Source of the DNA: Candidatus Iainarchaeum sp.
Lineage (GTDB): Archaea > Iainarchaeota > Iainarchaeia > Iainarchaeales > CSSED10-239
Reading direction: 5' to 3'
Assembly: GCA_037441475.1 (NCBI GenBank)
Contig: JBBISB010000001.1
Span: 66,418-98,417, forward strand
Length of the DNA stretch: 32,000 nucleotides
Part shown: piece after piece, positions 26,192-32,000 of the stretch
Layout: the number at the start of each line of letters is the position of its first letter
How positions within the stretch are numbered: the first letter of the stretch is position 1
Position numbers and translations under genes: made by a program
Notes under the pieces: model-generated
Told to the model about the DNA's origin: nothing
Seen by the model: only the letters and a program-made list of their open reading frames with translations
Database searches by the model: none

Positions 26192-27196
26192 CTATTGTTT
26201 ATCCAAATATATCTCTTCAATAACATCTTCAATTGGCATTTCGTTTATGGAGATGTCAGTTATCTTATACTTAGTAAATAAAAAATTCATTACATGCTTT
26301 AAGGAAATTTATGAGTGTTAATCTCAAACTCAATATAGAACTTTGATTTTTTAATAACTTGCAAATCCTTAAAATCATTAGTATCTATCTTATCCTCTGT
26401 AGTTACTTTAAGTAGTTTTTTAGAAAGATACTTTTGTTTTACTTTCTTAAAATCACCATCATAAACAATTTGGCCATGGTTAATAATAACAAGTCTTGTG
26501 GATATGTTTTCAATATCACCTATATCGTGACTTGTTAAGATGATTGTAGTTTTTTCTTTTTCATTTATTTTTTTAATCAATTCTCTAATAGTTTTTTTAA
26601 CAATAATATCCATACCAATAGTTGGTTCATCTAAAAACAAGATTTTAGGGTTATGAAGTAAAGCTAAAACAAACTCACACCTCATTTTCTGTCCTAAAGA
26701 CAATTTTCTAACAGGTTGGTTAACAATATCAGAAATTTCAAAAAGATTAACTAAATTATTAACTCTTTCCCTATATACCTTTTCATCCAAATCATATATC
26801 TTTGCAAAAAGATTAAAACTATCTATAGGTGGTAGATGGAACCATAGTTGTGGTTTCTGTCCAAAAATAGTTCCAATATCATAAGACAAGATTTTTCTTT
26901 TCTTAGAAGGATCTTTACCTAATATTTTTATTTTTCCTGAGTCAGGAAAAAGAATACCTGAAAGCATCTTTAAAGTAGTTGACTTTCCTGCACCATTAGG
27001 GCCTATAAAAGAAACTAACTCTCCTTCTTTAATCTCTAAAGAAACATTATCAACAGCCTTTATGTACTTATACTCAGGAGAAAAAAGATTTTTTATAACA
27101 CCAGAGAAACCTGGTTTTGTTATTTTTGTCTTAAAAGTTTTTTTTCAGTCCTTTAATTGAGATGATTGTTTTTTCTTCTTTTACCATAAAATATCA
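26192..27196 (-). pseudogene. ABC transporter ATP-binding protein, two frameshifts
   Basis: ATG 27196 gives MIFYGKEEKTIISIKGLKK. The frame changes in a coding-strand A8 run (T8 at 27138-27145) to TFKTKITKPGFSGVIKNLFSPEYKYIKAVDNVSLEIKEGELVSFIGPNGAGKSTTLKMLSG (Walker A). This continues as track ORF 26299..26967 (LSLGQKMR signature, LFLDEPT Walker B, TSHD). A second shift near 26298-26302 leads to KHVMNFLFTKYKITDISINEMPIEDVIEEIYLDKQ*. The TAG at 26192-26194 is 2 nt before the next gene start. Confidence 0.85.
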
Positions 27197-27300
27197 TATA
27201 TTAATTATTTAACTATAATAATAAAATAAATAAACATCTTTTTAAACATATTTATTAAATATATTTATGTATTTTAATAATATAAAGGGGTTTTTAATAA

Positions 27301-27990
27301 ATGGTTAGCACACTTGTTGAAGTTGGTCAAGCTACATTAAATCCACTTGAAGCAATTTGGTATTCAATTTTAAATAATTTGCCAGGAATTATTGGTGCGG
27401 TAGTTGTTATTATCATAGGTTATTTAATAGGGCTTCTTGTAGGACATTTAATATACAAGCTACTTTTAAAATGGAAGTTAGATGAATGGGTAATTAATAA
27501 TGACTTTTCAAATATCTTACTGCACATTAAGCTTTCAAAAATAATCAAAGAGTTAATAGTATGGGGAATATTTATTGTGTTTTTAGCACCTGCTGCTAGT
27601 TTAATTAAAATAAATGTTTTAACCGAAATTTTAACTAAATTTGCATATTGGGTGCCACAGTTAATCTTTGCTATAATAATAACTATTGTAGGATTAGTTG
27701 TTTCACAAATAATTGCAAGAAACATACATGTTTCAAAAGATCACAAAGTTTCAAAAGTAGTTTCAGAGGTTATACAAGTAATTATTATTATATTAATTGT
27801 TAATATTGCTTTAAGACAGATAGGTGTAGAAGTACAGTTTATAGAAACTATACTTTTAATAATCCTAGGTGGAGTTGTCTTAGCCTTTGCAATTGCAGTT
27901 GGTATTGGTCTTAGTTGTTCTATTAGAAACTACTCTGATAGACTAATGGAAACATATGTAACTAAGAAAAAAGTAATAAAGAAGAAATAA
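27301..27990 (+). CDS. Membrane protein with repeated conserved-TM-helix segments (mechanosensitive-channel-associated type)
   Basis: 229 aa with four long hydrophobic helices of similar pattern (LPGIIGAVVVIIIGYLIGLLVGHLI; VPQLIFAIIITIVGLVVSQIIA; etc.). Family assignment is tentative. Confidence 0.5.
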   Translation: MVSTLVEVGQATLNPLEAIWYSILNNLPGIIGAVVVIIIGYLIGLLVGHLIYKLLLKWKLDEWVINNDFSNILLHIKLSKIIKELIVWGIFIVFLAPAASLIKINVLTEILTKFAYWVPQLIFAIIITIVGLVVSQIIARNIHVSKDHKVSKVVSEVIQVIIIILIVNIALRQIGVEVQFIETILLIILGGVVLAFAIAVGIGLSCSIRNYSDRLMETYVTKKKVIKKK

Positions 27991-28025
27991 TTTTTCTTCT
28001 TTTCTATTTTATTTTTTTAAAAAAA

Positions 28026-28343
28026 CTATTTTTTAATTTTTTTATGAACATTTACAAATCTCTTATAGAAGTAATATTCAGTAACAATACCTAAAATGAA
28101 TAAGAATAAACCAACACCTAAAAGAGAATAAACAGAGGTTATTATCTTACTAAGATCATGAGTTGGTACAATATCTCCATAACCAACAGTTGTTAAAGTA
28201 GAGGTTGTAAAGTAAAATGAATCTACGTAGGATAGATTTTCTAAACGTTGAAAAATAAATGTACCAATTAATAAAATAACTACAATAAAAATTAAAACAT
28301 AGTACAACTTAATTTTTGCAAAACTAATCTCATTTGTAAACAA
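28026..28343 (-). CDS. Pore-only two-TM potassium channel
   Basis: 105 aa: TM1, pore helix, TLTTVGYGDI selectivity filter, TM2, then a short basic tail. There is no cytoplasmic gating domain. The only in-frame start is the TTG at 28343. Confidence 0.85.
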   Translation of the reverse strand: MFTNEISFAKIKLYYVLIFIVVILLIGTFIFQRLENLSYVDSFYFTTSTLTTVGYGDIVPTHDLSKIITSVYSLLGVGLFLFILGIVTEYYFYKRFVNVHKKIKK

Positions 28344-28423
28344 ATCTAATCACACATCATTTTCTAAAAGATAGTAAAAAAGCTAAAGGGATATTAAAAA
28401 AATACCATTCCCCTCTCTTAACA

Positions 28424-28777
28424 TTAAATAGACTTAATAACAATTATCTTATCTGTTTTTTGCTTTAATGAATCGTAATCTAAGTAATGTTCATTAACTC
28501 TTATTATTATTTTATTATCTCCTGGTTTAATTCCTTGGAAAGGGTAAATATACAACCTTTGGTTTATTACTTCGTTTGGTTTAAAATCTCCATGTCTTAT
28601 GGAAAAGGATTTTTTAAGACCACTTTTATCTAAAGAAATAGTGTTATCAAGAATTATATCATAGCTTATAAATTTATTTTCAAGACCCATATTCTTTATT
28701 TGCACAGTTAACTCTACTGGACTTTTGTCCCTAATATTTAATCTAAATGGAAAAAGAGAAGTTATAATATTAATCAT
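28424..28777 (-). CDS. Hypothetical protein (beta-rich, no motif recognised)
   Basis: Track ORF, 117 aa, downstream of the K+ channel gene's neighbour on the same strand. Confidence 0.5.
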   Translation of the reverse strand: MINIITSLFPFRLNIRDKSPVELTVQIKNMGLENKFISYDIILDNTISLDKSGLKKSFSIRHGDFKPNEVINQRLYIYPFQGIKPGDNKIIIRVNEHYLDYDSLKQKTDKIIVIKSI

Positions 28778-28901
28778 CCTTTATCACCTTTTTTTATAAA
28801 ATATTTTTTAAACATATACATATAATATATATATAGTTAAATATGTTTAAATAACTATTGATAAGTAAGATAAAAAAAATTAATAAGTAAGAGAAAAAAG
28901 C

Positions 28902-29678
28902 ATGAAAATATTGATTGTTTCATCAACAGAGGATATTGCCTCTAATAACCTTAAGGAAGAACTTTTTAATAGCTATAAGCTTGTTAAAAATAAAAAAGAT
29001 ATTTATAAGATTGATATAGATTCTTTAAATGAGATTTATTTTAAAGAGATTAATAAAACACATATTTATGCAAGCCAAGAAGATATTAAAGATAAAGAAT
29101 ATGATCAAGTTATCTTCTTATCAAGACACTCAACTCTTTCTGAAACTAAACCAAAGTGTATGACTGTACATGCAATTGGTAATTGGGGAAAAGCTGATCT
29201 TGGAGGGGAAAGTAACACTGTTGTTAAAACAGATCCTTTCCTAATTCGCTTACTTCTTTTAAACCTTAAAGAAAATAAACCTAAGGAAATAAAAGAGTAT
29301 GAAGTTAAACAAGAAGCAACTCATCATGGTCCTTTTCTTGAAAGTCCAACCCTCTTCTATGAGATTGGTTCAACAAATATTGATTGGGAAAATAAACTAG
29401 TTTCAAGATACATGATAAAGATATTAATTGACAGCATTAAAGATTATAACCAGAAAGAGATTAAGGAAAAAAATAACTGGATAGCAGCAGTTGGTGTTGG
29501 TGGAAGCCATTACTGCACTAGGTTTAATAGATATACTTTTGATAGAAGTAAAAGATACTGCTTTGGTCATGTAGTTGCAAGCTATGCTTTAAAAGATATT
29601 CAAGAAAATCAAGCTCTTTTAAAAGAAGCTAAAGAAAAGAGTACTTCTCAAGTTGTTGTTTATGAAGAAGAAATTTAA
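28902..29678 (+). CDS. dtdA: D-aminoacyl-tRNA deacylase, archaeal DTD2 type
   Basis: 258 aa. MTVHAIGNWGKADLGGESNTV, EATHHGPF and PTLFYEIGSTNIDWEN match the DTD2 (PF04414-type) signature blocks. Confidence 0.85.
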   Translation: MKILIVSSTEDIASNNLKEELFNSYKLVKNKKDIYKIDIDSLNEIYFKEINKTHIYASQEDIKDKEYDQVIFLSRHSTLSETKPKCMTVHAIGNWGKADLGGESNTVVKTDPFLIRLLLLNLKENKPKEIKEYEVKQEATHHGPFLESPTLFYEIGSTNIDWENKLVSRYMIKILIDSIKDYNQKEIKEKNNWIAAVGVGGSHYCTRFNRYTFDRSKRYCFGHVVASYALKDIQENQALLKEAKEKSTSQVVVYEEEI

Positions 29679-30805
29679 TTTTTTTCTTTAATAAACCTTT
29701 TTTTAATTCTTTCAATAATTGTTTGCTCTATTGAACATACTGAACTAAGGTCAGGATATTTATCAAATAAAGTTTTATCTTCTACAAACTCTTTAACAAT
29801 TTCAAAAACATCTATATTTTCTTTTATTTTCCTAGAGTAAATGAAATTAATCAATGTTTCTAGGGTTATGTAATAGATTATAGGGCAAGAACCACCTTTT
29901 TCTAAGGCATTAATAGCAAGAGATAAGTATTTTTCCTTCGTAACATCTATTTTTGATAAGGTTACATTAATTTCTTTTTCATCAGTTAAATGATTTATTG
30001 TATCTGTCTTATCGTAGTTTAAAAAATAATAATTAAAGATGCTATCAAGGTTTAGGTTTGATGCAAAGAAAACACTTGTTCCGTTTGTAAACTTAATATT
30101 TGTATTATACACTCTTTTTGTTTGATTGTAAAAACAGAAGTCATTTACTGGTATGTTATAGATGTAGTTAATGAGAAACATATCGTTTGAAAGTCTTATT
30201 TTGTTTTGAGAGAAGTATTTTTTCATATAAGATATATAATCTTTATAGTCATCTATAGATATCTTCTCTTTATCTTGTTTCTTTGAGAATAGATAAACCT
30301 TGTCTATAGAGGTAGTATTTTTGGTTTTATTTAAAAAATCCATAGAGTATACAGGGTATGAAAAGACATTTAACTTAACTCCCTTTGATTTAACTTCATT
30401 AATGATTATTCTTCCACAGTAAAGTAAAGGAGATGTGTTAAGTAAAGTTATATCCTTAAACTCATAGATTGCTGAAAGTATTTTTTTAACACTTGTTATT
30501 CCTGATAAAGCAGAGATAACCTCATCAATTTGGTTTGATTTAATGAAATCTGGAAAATTTTCAGATCCTTGAAAGATTTCAACCTTTACTTTTGAGGAAA
30601 TATATTCTGCATCCTTCTTTTCTGTAACAAAAACCCTTTTAGGAGATAACTCTTCTATCTGTTTTATGAATAGATCTATATTTTCTTGCTTAAAATCATA
30701 GGAAAGAGCAAAAACATTAAATTTACTTAATTTGCTTTCAAAGAAGTTAATGGCACTTACACCTATGTTGTTGTTAGAGCCAAGAATAACAATATTTTTT
30801 TTCAT
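29675..30805 (-). CDS. Divergent Dxr-like protein (1-deoxy-D-xylulose-5-phosphate reductoisomerase fold) lacking the conserved cofactor and catalytic motifs
   Basis: 376 aa, collinear by eye with E. coli Dxr. ILGSNNNIG corresponds to ILGSTGSIG, ITLLNTSPLL to ILLANKESLV, LNVFSYPVYSMDFL to LLPVDSEHNAIFQSL, IKFTNGTSVFFAS to VRYQDGSVLAQ, and KYLSLAINALEKGGSCPIIYYITLETLINFIY to [33 protein letters not shown]. Confidence 0.65.
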   Translation of the reverse strand: MKKNIVILGSNNNIGVSAINFFESKLSKFNVFALSYDFKQENIDLFIKQIEELSPKRVFVTEKKDAEYISSKVKVEIFQGSENFPDFIKSNQIDEVISALSGITSVKKILSAIYEFKDITLLNTSPLLYCGRIIINEVKSKGVKLNVFSYPVYSMDFLNKTKNTTSIDKVYLFSKKQDKEKISIDDYKDYISYMKKYFSQNKIRLSNDMFLINYIYNIPVNDFCFYNQTKRVYNTNIKFTNGTSVFFASNLNLDSIFNYYFLNYDKTDTINHLTDEKEINVTLSKIDVTKEKYLSLAINALEKGGSCPIIYYITLETLINFIYSRKIKENIDVFEIVKEFVEDKTLFDKYPDLSSVCSIEQTIIERIKKRFIKEKN

Positions 30806-30970
30806 AACATATATAAGGTAAATCTTAAAGTTTTTAAATGTATTTTTTTAGATATTAAAAGTTCTATTTTAGAAAAGTAAAATAATTTTTTTAAATTTAA
30901 ATAAAAAATAGAAAAATAAGTCTTCTTTATAAAAAAAGACTTATCAAATGAAAAAAGTTAGCGTAGAAAA

Positions 30971-31099
30971 TTATTTTTTCTTTACTGGTGCTTTTTTCTT
31001 AACAACTTTTTTAACAGGTGCTTTTTTAGCAACTACTGCTTTTTTAACAACTTTTTTAGCAGGTGCTTTTTTAGCAACTACCTTCTTTTTTACAGCCAT
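30971..31099 (-). CDS. Unannotated 42-aa lysine/alanine/valine repeat protein (highly basic)
   Basis: The minus-strand ATG at 31099 is preceded by ggagggag plus 6 nt. Translation: MAVKKKVVAKKAPAKKVVKKAVVAKKAPVKKVVKKKAPVKKK*, stop 30971-30973. It is too short for the ORF track, which instead lists the antisense frame 30948..31139. Confidence 0.5.
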   Translation of the reverse strand: MAVKKKVVAKKAPAKKVVKKAVVAKKAPVKKVVKKKAPVKKK

Positions 31100-31397
31100 T
31101 TTTTTCTCCCTCCGATTTTATCTGCAAGTTGCAGAATAATAAAATATAATAAATATGTATATATAAACATTTATAAATGTTATATATTTTGCTTTTTTGG
31201 CAAAAACACTAAAAAAAATTAATCTGTCCAAAAAATAAAGCAGTCCATCTACCTCTAACTTATTTTAAATCAAGGAGTTTAAGCCAATCAAAAAAAAGTA
31301 AACTTAAATAAAAAAAGGATGAGTAAGGGATTTTGAAAAAAAGAATTTTTAAAAAATAAAAGAGTTTTGTTTTTTCGTCCAAGAAAAAAAGAAAAAT

Positions 31398-31419
31398 AAA
31401 AGATTTTTAAAAATCTTTT
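31398..31419 (-). terminator. 22-nt perfect palindrome plus T-rich tract downstream of EF-2
   Basis: aaaagattttt/aaaaatctttt (31398-31419) lies 38 nt after the EF-2 stop on the minus strand. It is followed on that strand by atttttctttttttctt. Confidence 0.4.
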
Positions 31420-31456
31420 ACGTTTTTTAAGATATAACAAATCTTAAAACCAAAAT

Positions 31457-32000
31457 CTAATCCATGAAAAATTCAGCAGGCTTTGGTTCTGGATCCATTC
31501 CTTTTCTTTTTCTAATCTCAACAATTGTGTCGTGAAGTAAACTCTTTGGAAGTGTTTCATAACCGAAATATTCAGCAGTCCATACAGCTCTTCCTTGTGT
31601 TTCTCCTCTCATCTCTTGTGAAAAACCAATCATTGACTTAACAGGTATCTTACTTATAAAGATTGAAGAATCACCTTCAGTCTTAATATCCTCAATTTGT
31701 GCTCTTCTAGAAGATAATACCTTTGAAACTGAACCCATGAAATCTTGAGGAACAGACACAGTTAATTTTTGTTTAGGTTCTAAAAGAACATAATTACCAG
31801 CTAAAACACAAGCATAGATAGCTCTAGTTATTGCAGGAAGTACTTGAGCAGGCCCTCTATGGATAGCATCCTCGTGTAAAGTTGCATCTTCTAAAGATAC
31901 AATAATACCAGATACTTTTTCCTTAGCAACAGGACCTTCGTTTGTAGCATCAGTAAAACCTTCAATAATAAGTTCTCTTACTTCATTTAAGTTCTGTATA
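31457..32000 (-). CDS. fusA: Elongation factor 2 (archaeal aEF-2), C-terminal part; ORF continues beyond the right edge
   Basis: The frame is open from 32000 to TAG 31457-31459. It contains LHEDAIHRGPAQVLPA (the domain IV diphthamide-loop motif of aEF-2/eEF2), GFSQEMRGETQGRA and the C-terminal IRKRKGMDPEPKP. The track shows only the part after an internal Met (31457..31759). Confidence 0.9.
   Translation of the reverse strand, partial: IQNLNEVRELIIEGFTDATNEGPVAKEKVSGIIVSLEDATLHEDAIHRGPAQVLPAITRAIYACVLAGNYVLLEPKQKLTVSVPQDFMGSVSKVLSSRRAQIEDIKTEGDSSIFISKIPVKSMIGFSQEMRGETQGRAVWTAEYFGYETLPKSLLHDTIVEIRKRKGMDPEPKPAEFFMD

Noticed and set aside
739-27725. Other short track ORFs: 739..975(+), 16986..17171(+), 18776..18964(-), 19086..19388(+), 22805..23032(+), 27420..27725(-)
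   Set aside because: Each overlaps a longer ORF with recognisable features on the opposite strand, or in the case of 19086..19388 the same strand out of frame. None has motifs of its own.
29675-30805. Reading the Dxr-like gene as evidence for an MEP isoprenoid pathway
   Set aside because: The NADPH-binding and catalytic motifs are all substituted, and no other MEP gene is in the window. The fold alone does not support pathway inference.
30948-31139. Track ORF (+), 63 aa, FFLTTFLTGAFLATT repeat protein
   Set aside because: It is the antisense image of the lysine-rich repeat gene on the minus strand. It has no ribosome-binding motif, and its low-complexity Phe/Leu/Thr composition arises from complementing AAA/AAG/GCA codons.

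Overview
AT-rich (roughly 70% A+T by eye), gene-dense window that looks archaeal. It ends in the C-terminal half of an archaeal/eukaryotic-type elongation factor 2 (HEDAIHRGPAQ loop, IRKRKGMDPEPKP tail) and carries a DTD2-type D-aminoacyl-tRNA deacylase. Small genes, overlapping convergent gene ends and many orphan membrane proteins fit a small-genome (DPANN-like) archaeon, but that placement is inference. Content: (i) 1-11.4 kb holds mostly minus-strand housekeeping and membrane genes: uracil permease, NUDIX, U32 peptidase, AI-2E transporter, ICMT-type methyltransferase, membrane-anchored ArsR regulator, FAD protein, CofE-like protein and a frameshifted patatin. (ii) 12.5-17 kb is a plus-strand thymidylate/one-carbon operon: glyA, DNPH1-like dNMP N-hydrolase, tmk, thyA, folA, AlkD-like DNA alkylation repair protein. 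Both thyA and folA are interrupted. (iii) 18.3-27.2 kb is an accessory-looking stretch with a vapBC module, a 0.94 kb ORF-free region rich in hairpins and inverted repeats, an orphan FlaI/VirB11-type ATPase, and a run of broken genes: a hypothetical gene, a histidine phosphatase, an APH/choline-kinase-like kinase with a 60-bp tandem duplication, and a 3-gene ABC transporter operon with five frameshifts. (iv) 27.3-32 kb has a pore-only K+ channel, dtdA, a full-length but catalytically degenerate Dxr-like protein, an unannotated 42-aa lysine-rich repeat protein and EF-2. No rRNA, tRNA, CRISPR array, transposase or integrase was recognised. The most unusual signal is the number and distribution of gene disruptions: at least 10 frameshifts, most at A/T homopolymers, plus 3 in-frame stops. 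The ORF track shows these only as short or missing ORFs. From sequence alone I cannot tell real decay from slippage-rescued genes or assembly error.
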